This document shows, piece by piece, positions 1 to 12,563 of a stretch of DNA of 64,000 bases. The DNA comes from Amphiscolops sp. MND2022. Lineage: Eukaryota. The translations under genes were made by a program, and so were the position numbers. Position 1 is the stretch's first letter; every line of letters starts with the position of its first letter. The notes beneath the pieces are model-generated. The model had not been told where the DNA came from, ran no database searches, and saw nothing but the letters and a program-made list of their open reading frames with translations. The stretch covers positions 67,706,001-67,770,000 of the forward strand of contig OZ076409.1 in NCBI GenBank assembly GCA_964187785.1, read 5' to 3'.

Positions 1-530
1 GACATGCTGATGCAAGTTAACTACAGTCACGTGTCACGTTATAAACTGCAATCTAGCGTCATCTTCAGAGTTCAATTTGGGAAGTGGTGATTACATCAGA
101 TGAGTGATACACAGTTGAGAAAAATGTGTCAAAACAATTTGATCGTTTCGGCACCGTAGTGTGTAAAATTTTCAAATTTAATTGCAGTAGTGGAAAATAT
201 ATTGTAAATCTACAAGATTTACCGTCAGAAGTTAACTGAATTTTCTAGCTTTTACGAAAATTACCGCGCATGCAAGCCTGCAACATGTAAAAATCAGTCT
301 CAGCTAGGGCTGACTTTCAGTATATACTTAGAAAAGGTACAGAGTCTGCAATTAGCAATACGGTTGTTCTCATATGCTTTCTGGAGGTACTAAGTAAAGA
401 AACATCTTTCGCCTATGTTTTCATGTTCGCGCCTAGACTCTTTGGAAATTTTACAATTGTTGGCTATCTTTTTTAAAAAATCATTTCACACATTTGTTTC
501 GTTCTCCTTCGAGTATCAAACTTTTTTCAG

Positions 531-902
531 CTGATAGACGGACACAACATTAGAGATCTAAACGTTCGCGTATTACGCCACCAAATTTCTGTCGTCAGTC
601 AAGAACCTTGTTTGTTCGATACCTCGATTCTAGACAACATTCGGTATGGGGCTCTGTGTAACGACGGATACTATGATCTCAAAGTCAAAGAAGATGATGT
701 CATGGACGCTGTCAAGAAAGCATTCGTGGATGAGTTCGCGCCAAAAATGCCTCATGGGTATGACACCAGAGTAGGTGAACGGGGAGCTCAGTTGTCAGGA
801 GGACAGAAACAGAGAGTAGCCATTGCCAGAGCCTTGGTGCGAGACCCCAAAATTCTGATTTTAGATGAAGCCACGTCTGCTTTGGATTCGGAAAATGAAA
901 AA
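531..902 (+). CDS. ABCB: ABCB/MDR (P-glycoprotein-like) ABC transporter, penultimate exon, nucleotide-binding domain
   Basis: Acceptor ttttttcag ends at 530; translation [53 protein letters not shown] (Q-loop, ABC signature, Walker B, D-loop); donor gttagt at 903. Upstream exons lie outside the window. Confidence 0.93.
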
Positions 903-1839
903 GTTAGTAATTGTTCGTTTCAGCTAAATATTCCCACCTGGAATCCGGAAACCGTTACTGTTCAAAGTATTTATGACTGAACCTCAGGTTTGCTTTCAGT
1001 TACAATTGCAACCAAAATCGCATAGCTAGTTTCCATTGCTTAACTCATCAAATAACTATTACGATAATAAGTATCGTAATCCAGTATCCTAATTTCACCA
1101 TACGGACATTTATCATTCAGCATATCCTGATGCCTGTCTGAGGGATGTCGTAGTCGCGGGCCACAAGACTACACAAACTAATAGACTAGTGTTAATTCTG
1201 ATCGACAATCTCTGGTCATTCTCTGGGGGTTACAGCCAGTGTTTTGCTTACTCGTTAACTTCATAAATTACCCAAACTCAAACTGCGATGAAGTGGATCA
1301 TGATGGGCGCATGAAACATTTGGACATTCAAGTGACGTTAACTTTTTTATTTCGTCATTTGACAGAAAAACTCGCCACCATCTAATGATATCAGTTGGTC
1401 ACTTTCACAACGGCAATCGCATATTCCACAAACTAACAAGAGCAGTTTCAATGGAACAAGTAACTTAGAGCAGTATCAGTACTTTTATACATAAATATTT
1501 TCACAATTGGTTTATACTTCAATTATTTGGGGCTCAAAAAATTTCATGTTATTCAAGCATTAGATGGTTTTCCTGTTGAAATCATGCAAAACAATACAAT
1601 GTTGTTTTTGTCAATCTCACGACATTTGTTCCAACATTCTGGCAACAAGAAACTATTTGACTTTTGAACGTATAGCATTATAAAATCGTCTAGAATAAGA
1701 TTTTCCAAAAGAACAGACTTTTTTGCGTAGCCAATTTTTCATGGTTATTTTCTCGTTATGAAAGACAAATCCAACAAACCTACACCGCGGAGTAATGCAG
1801 TAGAGTTTGAGCGTTTTTATGATTTTGATTATTTTTAAG

Positions 1840-2046
1840 ATGATCCAAGATGCACTGGAGTTGGCGAGTCACGACAGGACGTGTCTGATGATTGCGCACA
1901 GACTGTCCACAGTGCAGAGGGCTGACGTCATCGTGGTCATGGAGCATGGGAGGATAGTGCAGCAGGGCACCCACGACCAGCTGCTCAACGACCAGAACGG
2001 CCTCTACTACAAACTGTGCCAGGGACAGAGTTTCCGATCTTCATGA
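1840..2046 (+). CDS. ABCB: ABCB/MDR transporter, terminal exon
   Basis: Acceptor atttttaag ends at 1839, phase 0 with the previous exon; IAHRLSTVQRADVIVVMEHGRIVQQGTHDQLL (H-loop); TGA at 2044-2046; AATAAA signals follow near 2135-2210. Confidence 0.92.
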   Translation: MIQDALELASHDRTCLMIAHRLSTVQRADVIVVMEHGRIVQQGTHDQLLNDQNGLYYKLCQGQSFRSS

Positions 2047-3065
2047 CACTTACAAGTGGCACTTTTGGTTTGGACCAAAGGGCAGCTAAAGGATTAGCTG
2101 GAATAAAACTTTGGCATTGTACATGCAAGCTGTAAATAAAAAGAAACTGTAAATATTGAAATATAAGCCTGGTTCTTGTGTACTGGAATAAAATGTTTAA
2201 CGAAATAAATTGCCTGAATTGATTTCTATTTCAAATAACTAATTTGTCCATCGTCTTTTTTCTCATTATCAAGAACTCTTTCATGACAGAGACTGAATGC
2301 ATCCCTTGAAAGGACACTGCAAGTTACTATCCATGACAGCTGTAGTTACATATTTGAAGCCAAGTGGTCAAGCAATTGTCGGTTGTACTTTCAAAGTGAC
2401 TTGCTCAAGGTCACATAAGTCTGACTTCTCACCGCTGTTCTTTTTGCTTTGCTTTTCTCCGCCTACTGCGTTATTGTGCTGTCATGGCCATTCCAAGCTA
2501 GGAATCTAGGAATAAAGGCCCAACAATGGCGAGTTGAGAGCGATTCGAGTCTGATACAGCCCCAGTACAGGCCGAATGATCTGAACAATACACCATACTC
2601 CCCTTCCAAGATCTTGCGAAAACATTCATTTGTTGCAAAAAATCATGACAAGTGATGTTTTCGAACTTGAAACAATTGCTAGGAACAGTCCTGAAAGAAG
2701 TATGCAGGAGTTTCATCATTCTTCGGCAACGTCAATTTATGAGGCTGATGTAAATGCTGTACATTCCCTCTGAAAGCGCAAATGTAGTCCTGCTAAATGA
2801 TATGGAAATACACTAGGTACCAAAAAGCTAAAGATTCGGCTAAAAAACTTTAAAAGTGCGAAATGTATTGATTTATGCATTCTATTAAAAAGTTTCAGAA
2901 ACAAAAGCACTGAAATTGTGTGTTTTTGAATCAAATCAAATACTAAAACGTTATTTCACATCTTTCGAAGAAATTTTCGAACTTTACAAGGCATCATCTA
3001 AGGAACTAATGGTAGGAAGAAAAAGCTATGAGGATAAATTTAATAGCCTTGGCACCGTTGGAAAG

Positions 3066-3534
3066 AAACAAGACGGGAACGTCCCTAGTCGGCGCCATAT
3101 CTAAGGCTCAAAAATATTCAAGGCACAACTATTGGAAACATTTGGAATAGAATACTTCAAAAAAGTATTTGGCTAAAAAAGTAGCACAATGCCGAAAAAC
3201 CCAAAAAGAGGCCATTTAGGCCATTACAAACCTAAAACTTCAAAAAAATGCAAAGGGCTACCCTTTGATAAAATTCAACAATTTTCGAAAAAAGTCACAT
3301 AGTCCCGAAAAAAACCAAAGGGGGTGGGAAGCATACTTTTGGAAGCATGAAAAAATTATGGTTTAGTGCGAGAATCAAACCCACGCTCTCCGGGTTCAGA
3401 AAATTGGTCGAAGTTGAACAAATGAATAAATTGTAAAAAGTGGACCACTCAGAGTGAGATTTTCAACTGAAAAAAAAACAACTTACTGTAATAGTCGGGC
3501 TTTTTACCTTAAGGGAAAAGGCGCCGATTAAAAA
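3066..3534 (-). mobile_element. Non-autonomous Helentron/DINE-1-like element, copy 1
   Basis: Sub-terminal inverted repeat AGTCGGCGCC / GGCGCCGA(C/T)T, hairpin GTCGGGCTTTTT..AAAAGGCGCCGA at one end, short hairpin GGGAACGTCCC and CTTGTTT at the other; similar copies recur six more times in the window. Confidence 0.7.
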
Positions 3535-4649
3535 CAGCCAAAAACATTTGTAATTTCATCGAAACAAACTTTTACGCAGTAGAAATTGAAGCACTCGCAT
3601 TTCGTGATCATTTTGCGGTGGAAATTTTCCAGGGGGCTGTTTTCGAAAACTGGAAAATTTAATAGTTTTGATCTGAATCAAAAGTACAAAGTTTGATCCG
3701 AACAATTTTTATGTCATTGAGAACAGCGTTTCTCGAGATAATGCATGATAGAATTCGAAAAAAAATCTAAAAATTTGCACAGAATTCTGTTAGCTACTTA
3801 CTTTTGTAAATTTTATGTTAGTTTAAAACAAAAACGCCTGTAAATCTGATCGTAATTAGAGAAGGTTTTCACACAATGACATTTGTGCCTTTGGATTGTG
3901 TACGAATTTATTGCGAATTGAGAATTGAAATCAAGTGTCTTGAGCCTTTTGGCACCCTAGTGCAGTACTTGTCATGAGCTATTTGGAATCTTTTTTAAAC
4001 TAAGATCCCCTTAAAACCACAAAATGTTAAACAATTACAATAAGAAGAACGTAGTTAAAACAGTTAAAACTCCGAGAGCTCCGTGGCAACGTCCCACAAC
4101 CACGTAAAAACAATTCCTAACGTATATGCGACTTTCCACATACTTCTGGTCCAGAAACGCGTCGCGGCAACATCTGAGCTGTTTTTGGGCTTTTCCTTCT
4201 TATCGTCGCATAGAAATTCCGAGAATAAAATCAATTTCGTTAAAATCTCTTAATATTCAAAAACTTCATTCATGTTTAAAATATCTTTTCAGAGGTGCTT
4301 GCCCACGCGGCACTCTCGTGGATTAGGTGGAAACGTTGGTGCATTTTTATTGTGTTTTCGTTTTGGACAGACCGGCACCAAGCTGTGGCCTGCCCACCAG
4401 GTGGTAACACAATCACTAACAAACCAGTAAGTAAAAAAGTCCATACTATAACAGCACCAAGAACTATCATTGCCCTTTAGCACCTTAACCTAATATGCTA
4501 TTATTTAAGCTCCAGCATGGGGTTTGTTTTGATGTTATTTAGTTTTCTCAGTTCAATCAACGATGATCCGTTCAAGGACTTCGACAATCATTCTTTTCGT
4601 GGGTCAGCTGGGGCATTACTGATCTGTGTTTCAGCGTTCAAGCTGAGCG

Positions 4650-6990
4650 CTAGTACTTCAGAGGGGCGAATTTTGTTCGTCTAACTTGCAAAGTTCATTT
4701 AGCTCGGTTTCGACAGCCGCGGCCTCCATATGTGGCTGTAACTGGCTCATCTCAGTGTGGGGTTGATTTGCCAGATAGGGTGGGGAATCAGCTGCTGGTG
4801 GGGGATCTGAGGTACTTCCTCAACCATCTCTACATTCATTACTACCTGGGTCTGAGAATGGCCGGCTTTTCTCTGCTTTGGGATTTTTGATGAAGAACTG
4901 GCACCGACAATAACTTTCATTTCGTCAGTCGCTTGTTCCTCATTGGCAGAGTACACAGGTTGTAATTCGGTCAGGCTGTCAGCAAAGTGCTTGTGGCCAT
5001 ACAAAATGAGTATTTCTTTTGCATCGCGACGGTATGGCTTCCACATTTCCGATTGCCTCGTTCTTTCTGTCTACCTATCACGGGTAGGAATACTTCAACA
5101 GGCATCTTTAAGTTGCTAGGTACTTCCTTACTGACGGGGAAAACCTTGTATATATATTCTCGGGCAACCAACGGTTTGGAAGCTTTCAGCTTTTGATTTT
5201 GTTGGTGAATAGTTTGATCTGCCACCGGTGGGTTAGTACAGCAGGTGATAGTTGTCCGAATGGCTCCTGTGTGGGTGCGAGGCTTTTTCCTTGCGCAGTA
5301 CACCCTAGAAGTATCGCTGACAAAAAGACACTCGGGGCCGCTGAGCGTTGGGATTTTCGCTGCCACCCAGACGCTGCACCGCAGCAGCAAGGATCCTCAG
5401 GATTGTATTCACATTCGAGTCTGGGAAATCGTTCGCCGCGCCTGTGTCGGCATACAGAGGAATATGCAGCTATTCAACAGGGTGAAATTCTAAAGACATG
5501 GGAGAGCGCACCGCACTCGGGCTCTGATCAATGCTGTGAAATTGTATTCTACCTGCTTTTTGTCTTTATTTATAGTATATCCCATGAGGGGTCTAAAGTT
5601 AGCAAACGTTCGTCCTAAGGTCTGTAAACTAAAGACCAGTGGGGTGTGGTCGGTGTTCACAAATTGCAAGAGTGAGAGCGTGAAGGTGCTAACAGCAGCC
5701 CGCAGTGGTTGTGTGGGGTACAGCTGATTCAAAGATCGGCCAAGTATTTGGAGCGTTCAGTGTGATCATGTCGTTCGTCTCCACTAGCAGCAGTAAGAAA
5801 AAACCTCGTAAGTCGCTGGCATCGTGTTGTTTTGAAGGAGTATCAACAAGTGGGGCACTACAGCTGATGCATTCATTATCTCATGTGGAATTGATCCAGA
5901 CCAGGTTTGCTTCAAATTTCAGATCCAACTGGGTTCGCATTTTCTGTACACCGGCTGGCTCAAGGTTGTCGATGATTGCGTGTATCCAGCTTCTTTGATT
6001 CTTGGGAATATTCGGGAAGCTGAAAAGTCAGGAGCTTGTCCTACTTAGAACTAGCTTCTGAACGAAGTCGACTGGTCCTGTATAGAAATCAGCCATACCT
6101 GTGACCATTAGGCAGGCCAAAACTTCGCTCCCTGTAGTTCTTTACATAGCCTTCTGATAAACTCTTGCATGATGTTCATTCAAATTGTTTTCGGTTTGTG
6201 TGATCAAAATGGGGAGATGTTTTATTTAAAAATGGGAAACGGAATTGGCAGTCGTTCTGCAACCTGCGGCAAAGTTTCTTCCAAGATCTTGTTCCAAGAT
6301 TTGTAGGTGTGCCCTGTTGTGTTGTTCTTGGCGCGCACAATGTCACGAGCAAGCAGCTCAGTGAGAGTCGACAGCTTGTATGGCAACAGGAAAAATAGTG
6401 ATATCACCACGGGTTTGTTTCATTTCCTCAGTTTTCTAGACGACGATTGCTTCAAGGCTTCAATTTTCAAATCCAACTGGGCCCGTTTTTTTTGTGCCCC
6501 GCAGAGTTGAGGGTGTTGATGATTGCGTGTATCCAGCCTCTTTGAATCTTGGAAAAAATCAAATCCTTAGTGAATTTAGAGTTTGCTCTTCCAGCTTCAT
6601 TGGGTTGATGACACCATTTTCATCAAAGGGTCGGTGAGCCATTTGCATGCCAAAGTAGAAGGCCGTTGCGTTGCCAACTAGCAGTTGTGAGTTGCCTTCG
6701 CATCTGGTGTAGGCCTGCAAGACCTTGGACTCCTCAGCATATAAGGCGGAGTAGGAGGTTTTGCAAGGACGCCAGGTTGCACCCGCCACTGAGTTTGAGA
6801 TCGGGGGACACTATATGGAAGCAGAGGTCACGGGTACCGCGGTGTCTGTTAGAAGGGAGCCTAACGGCCGCGAGAAAAATAACAAAACTAATCCCTCCCA
6901 TACGTTTTTTCTGGATCCGGACTCCGGACTACATGTCCGAAAAGCAGGAAAAATTCCAAGTAAGACGCATTAAGGAAAAAGATCTCTCCG
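4650..6990 (-). pseudogene. Decayed long ORF of unknown family with an internal duplicated domain
   Basis: Chain of minus-strand ORF fragments (6559-6789, 6222-6410, 5490-5732, 4971-5390, 4747-5046) in a GC-richer island; motif QRxWIHAII..L...G..K.R.QLDLK.EA occurs twice about 545 bp apart. Ends approximate. Confidence 0.45.
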
Positions 6991-7720
6991 TGGTCGACTT
7001 AAAAACTATTCTGAATGTAACGTCAAGCTGGCCGCGTACATCCTAGAGTGGGACGATGCCCAGGTTGCTTCGACAGGAGACCATGGTTTTACTACAACCC
7101 TAGATCTTAGTTTTTCTCTCAAAAAGGGGACTCTTCAAACGTGAATGAGTCTCCTCGGTTTGAGCCCCGTGGCGGTATGCCGGCACTCTCAAAGCCCGGA
7201 CATGTCCCACAAGCACGTAAAAACAATTCCAAAGGATTCTGCGGCTTCCTACACATTTCCGCGGTCCGAAAACGGCAATCAGCTAGAAGTCATTCTATTG
7301 ACGATATATCATGTAAAATAGATACCTGGCAGGTCAAACATCACAAAATCTCTGAAATTCTGTACTAACAAGGCAGAATATTCACAAATATAGCACCTGG
7401 AACCAAAATTCAACTAATTACGTATTTTGTACATACATATTCTGTGTGAAAGTTGTAAGTCCTTTCTGGCGCAGTTCGGTATTTTTCTGAGGATTGCCTT
7501 CCGACGGGACGTTTCTTTCGATACAGTGTCGTGAGTATCTTGTGAGCTTTTTTCAGGGTTTTTCTTCGTTTCGACTATGCCCTTTCAGTCGAGGTTGTGT
7601 TGGTGGATGGGTATCTTCTCGTACTGTCTTCTCGACTGAAATTAATGTTTCTGCTAGCTTGAGCTTGTCACACTTCGAAGTTTTCAAACGTTCGAACTGT
7701 TCCACCAAACACTTCTGAGA

Positions 7721-8284
7721 ATTGAGACGGGAACATCTAAGGTCCGCGCTATATCGGAGGCTCAAAAAACAAAAGTTTTCAAAATTGTAAGAAGGGCTCA
7801 GGGTTTTTTGAACATCCAGTTCGTTGCAAAAGATCGAAAAATTTAAGAAGGACCTTCTGTAGACATTAAAAATTTTCGGGAAAAAAACGAAAAACGAGAA
7901 TTTTTAATTAGTCTCATAGTGCCGAAAAATTTAAAGGGGGCCCTTTGAGATTGTATAACTTACATTCTTTTGCAAAATACCAAAAAAATTGAAAGGGGAC
8001 CCTTGAGACACTAAAAAAATTCGAAAAAATGTAAACGTTGCTTAGTGTCTAAATAAAGTGAAAGGGAGACCCTTTAGTCTTGTCCGGTTTTGTATCTTAC
8101 GTTAAAAAATGAAAAGGGGACCGTTTGCACTAAGTTGGCATTGGCCGGATTTGGCCTTAGTGGTTTGTGGTTTCAGGGTCTCTAAAAAGTGAACCGATCA
8201 GGCTGAGGTCTGTGGTGTGAAGAAAAAAAGTTCACCGTCTGAGTCTTGCATTTTTCCTCAAAAGGTAAAAACGGCGACTAAAAA
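7721..8284 (-). mobile_element. Helentron/DINE-1-like element, copy 2 (diverged)
   Basis: gagacgggaacatc..cgcgctatatcggaggctcaaaaa start, internal GCCGAAAA/AAGGGGGACCCTT repeats, ggcgactaaaaa end. Confidence 0.6.
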
Positions 8285-8289
8285 GAGCT

Positions 8290-9853
8290 ACAAATTGGAG
8301 AAAATGCAAACATTTCTTTCATGTTTTCACTTGCTCAGAAAAACCAGAACGAAAACGATTTAGGCGTCACTTTACTTTTTGGCTAAAACGTAGCCTACAG
8401 AAGCGTTAAACTATTTACGCAACCATGGACTCCGTATTTGGTCTCGGTCCCGAGATATGAGAGCCTAAATATGAGAGAACTAAGAAAAACTTGGGAGCAA
8501 ACTTCAGGTATTTTTGGCAGAAAAACGAAGGCGTTCAACATGATAACGGAAACTTTGTTGGATTGTTGATGCAAAAAGTAGCCTACATCCTTGATTTACT
8601 TCGTGAGGAAGAATTGTTTCCATATCTGTTTTCAGTTCGAGAAAGATTAGATACACACAGGCATTTGAAATTGGCCCTTTGTTTGCCCAAGAACAATTGC
8701 ACTCTGGGTTTGGTTTCAGCTAATATATAGGGAAGGAAAGTGAAAAAACTCAAAACTTTCGTTTTTCAAAACTTCTTCGCAAAAAACGATGAAGTGGATT
8801 TCTCGAATTTTACGGCGAAAATGTAGGCTAGGATCTTGCGCAACTTTTTGTGTAAACGTGGCATCCATGTCTATTCTAGGTTTTGAGAAGATGACCTCAC
8901 AATTTTCAAAATTAGTCACATGTCACGAAGTCTGCGAGAAAATCTCGACCATATTAGCATCTCGCAAAACTCGAAGCCCGGAAAACAAAGGGGCTCAAAA
9001 TGTCGCGCTTAACTTCGAGCATAAACGTTCAATGGTCTGCAAAAAGTGCTACAATTTGTGTATTTCCCTGGGCCCAAAACAATTTGACCTATCTAGTTTC
9101 AGATCAAAAATTTCTGATGAGAGAACTTAAAAAATCAAGAAATTGGGAAAAAAACAAAAAAAGTGGCAGTAACACGAAAACGTCAAGCTTAATCACGGGT
9201 ACTTTGATAGCAAAAAAATCAGAAGCAATCATTGCTGTAGTTTGTGATAGAGAATGGTGTCTGCGTCTATTTTGAGTTCTGAGAAAAATCAAATTTTTTC
9301 TACTATTTTGCTTGGAAAAACCAGAACGACAAAGATTGTGACGTCACTTTACTTTTTGGCTAAAACGAAGCCTACAGAACCGTTGTACATTTTAGGCAAC
9401 CTTGGACTCCGCATTCGGTCTCGGTCCTGGGTTATACGAGATTAAGTATAAAAGAACTAAGAAAAAAGTGGGGAAGACATTTTGACAGAAAAACGAAGGC
9501 GTTGAACTGGATGACGGAAACTTGGTTTCTATGTTGATGAAAACACTAGCCTACATCCTTGCTTTACTACGTGAGGAACAATTCTGCCACAGTGTCTATA
9601 TCTATTTTCAGTTTTAAGAAATATGAGCTAGAAATGGGGAAAAATCAGGCATTTTTTTCTTTCTTTTTTGCCCAAAAAAGTTAAGAACGAACTTAAAATA
9701 AACATTAAAAATTCAGGAACAAATTACGAAACCATGGGATCTGGGTATTGTCTCGGTTCAGAGATATAGGGGATCAAAATGGAAAAAATGAAAATGAAGT
9801 AGAAATTTTTTGAAAACTTTTCAAGCGAAATGTTGCCTAGGATCTCGCCCAAC
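8290..9853. repeat. Diverged tandem repeat, unit about 1 kb, interrupted by the Gypsy insertion and resuming at 25646-25900
   Basis: ttggctaaaacg.agcctacagaa..ggactccg.att.ggtctcggtcc at about 8380 and 9357; ctaggatct.gc.caactttttg at about 8828 is reconstituted by joining 9837-9853 to 25651 onward. Confidence 0.75.
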
Positions 9854-11436
9854 TGTCGCAGGCACCCGCCTGCGATGGCAACTTCAATACAATCGACGCA
9901 AGCAGATAAAGCGCCCTACCCGGCACATTGCCATTACAAAAAAACTTTCGATTCAATAACGAGAATTTTGGAACTCTTAGTTATGGTATTTATACTGTTT
10001 GTTATACCAGTAAATATAGTGGTTATTTTGTGTGTTTACTATTTGACAGCAAGCTATACTGACAGACAGAAAGGAAACGAGTTCAAATGCCTGCCTGTTC
10101 ATGCCAAATGTAGCTAACATAACCGCGTACGGCATATTGACCAATCACAGCCGTGTTAGCTTCACTCACAGTTGCTATACGTTATTTATATTTACTCGGA
10201 AAGGACCAGTCCGGCCACTTGGTTAGGCCTGTCCAAGTCATATTGTTGCTGTACTATATTGTTGATTGAATAATAAAGTAAGGACGGACTCGGCTTACGA
10301 ATTAATTAGTCCTATCAAATGGATTAGTGACGCTTTTATATGGTTTGAAATAAGGCCCAATACAGCTATTCGCCAAGATGATCGCTCTTTAACTTTGATC
10401 ATGATATGAAATGATGCTACATATATACACTAATGAATGAAATACAAATAAGGCTTTCTCCCAATGAATGGATATAATTGGGAGGCAAGTGCTGTAATAT
10501 TACCTGAGTGTGATATATTTGAAATATCCCTCATGGCGTTTGGCCATGTAGGTCCCACATGTATTGAATAAGCATGTAATGTTATTCATATTTGCAATTC
10601 GTGAATATATATGAAGCCATTCAAACAACGCGTCCCGCCACGACCTAATTGAGTGCTTTGATCTTGCCGCCCTCACTGGTGCTTAGTGACGTGACAATAC
10701 TATTTATTGCCATGATGCAACTATTTTTAGCCCCCGAGCAATTTATAGCATCATGACCATCGAATTTATGGGTGTCACGTTAACTTATGCAAATTGTACG
10801 AGATTCACTGTTAAACCCAGTTTATATTTTCCACAGAAACAATTCAAACAGTTTTTCATGGAGAAACATTTTCAATGCCTTCCACAAGGAAACAAAAAGC
10901 AAAAGCCAGGAAATTGAGGGAGTTAGATATGTTGTCCGACTGTGGCAACATGGACGTGATGCTAGGTGAAGGAAATTCAAACTCTATAGAAAAAGAATTA
11001 GAAAGCTTAATTATTGTCCCTGAAAGGCAGCAAGACTTTCAGTCATTCCCAAACAGAGAAAATTCATCTCAAGAGAATGAGATCAGGGACATCGATAGAA
11101 GAAATGAGCTTGTCAGAGAGAGTAGACTAATAGAGTCAATCAATATGTTATCTGGAGAGGTGAATGCCAGGATGCCACGTGAAATGGAAACTATGATGGA
11201 TTTGATGCACTCACAAATTAGCAGGGTCATTAGCTCTGCCATAAGCGAGAGAATCATTCCAGAGATACAAAACATGGTGGAAAATTTGCCTTTGAGTCAA
11301 CATGCAGTTGAGCCGTGCACGTCCGCAAATGAGGATGGAATTAGGAATGTATGGAAGAACGCTAATACAAGACTAACAAAAAAGGACTCAAGGTCTGCTT
11401 GTGATCTGAGAGACCACACGGACAATGTTCCTTACA
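9854..11436 (+). repeat. 5' LTR (1583 bp)
   Basis: Direct repeat of 23997-25645; starts TG, ends CA; followed by TGG PBS. Confidence 0.95.
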
Positions 11437-11450
11437 TGGTGACAGGAGCT
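11437..11450 (+). promoter_or_regulatory. Primer-binding site
   Basis: TGGTGACAGGAGCT directly after the LTR CA; resembles the complement of a tRNA-Leu 3' end (TGGTGTCAGGAG); tRNA identity is an inference. Confidence 0.75.
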
Positions 11451-12556
11451 AACGAACTCTAACAGCAGATTCATGGATTCCTCACAGGACGAATTCACTT
11501 TCAGCCAGACCTTCAGAGACAAGAATCTCCGCATGATACAACTCTGGATACAACTCGAAAAGTGGCGGAGCCCGTTATAGACGAACAGCCACAAGATCCC
11601 ATCAACCGATTGGCAGATGTCTTGGTAAATCTCCAGAACAAACCACAATCAATGACAATTCGACCAGTCACGACAAACCCTATGACATTTGATGGGAAAA
11701 CGGAGAAATTCGAACTGTTTGAAGATCTATTTCATACGATGATCAAGATGCAGCCCGCCATGACTGAACAAATGAAAATAAATCATTTTCAATAACTACT
11801 CAGAAAAGGGGCTCTACAAACATTTCGTAATATAAACTCCATAAACCGTCAAACACTGGAAGACGTATTGGTCATCTTTCGCAGAAAATATGTCAAACCC
11901 GAGTCTCAAGCCACAGCCAAACATAAGTGGCACTGACTTATTTTTGATCCCAACACGATGAAACTCCCCGATTTTCTCGAGGAACTCAACCAAGGTGCCG
12001 GGAAGCATTTGGAGAGAATGCTAAAAGCATGATCGACAGCCTGTTATTTGTCAAACTACCGCCCAAACTCAAGCGATCGGTAAATATGACCGGGCTAGAA
12101 AATGGGACATATGAGGAGACCGTTGCACATCTTGAAAGAGAACTTGATTTAAACGCCTTAGAAGAATCTGACGATTTACCCATTGCCACAATGGCTTCAT
12201 CGTCAGGTAAGACGCGAAACTTACTATCCAATGGCATTGATACTGACAAGAAAAACATACTGCAAAGCTGAAGACCATTTCTGGAAAAATTGCCCAAAAC
12301 TGAAAAAGAGAAAAGAAATGGAGGCCAAAAATGGCAAGAAGCCTCAACACCCAACTTATCCAGAACGTCCCACCTGCAGCAAAACTAATCACCCAGCAGA
12401 GAACTGTAGGCGCGGTGCCGGTGCCCATTTTCGTCCCAAACGAAATAGACAGGACTCCAAAGATACAGAGCCCTCTGAAGACGCAGACGCCCGCACCAAA
12501 AACGAAAAATCTACAACATCTACATCAAGCCAGTCCAATTCAAAGACGCCTGATTC

Positions 12557-12563
12557 AAAAAAC
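12557..12563 (+). promoter_or_regulatory. Candidate -1 ribosomal frameshift heptamer A AAA AAC
   Basis: Immediately precedes the gag TAA, in the correct phase; the following ORF (12569 onward) is in the -1 frame. Confidence 0.7.
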
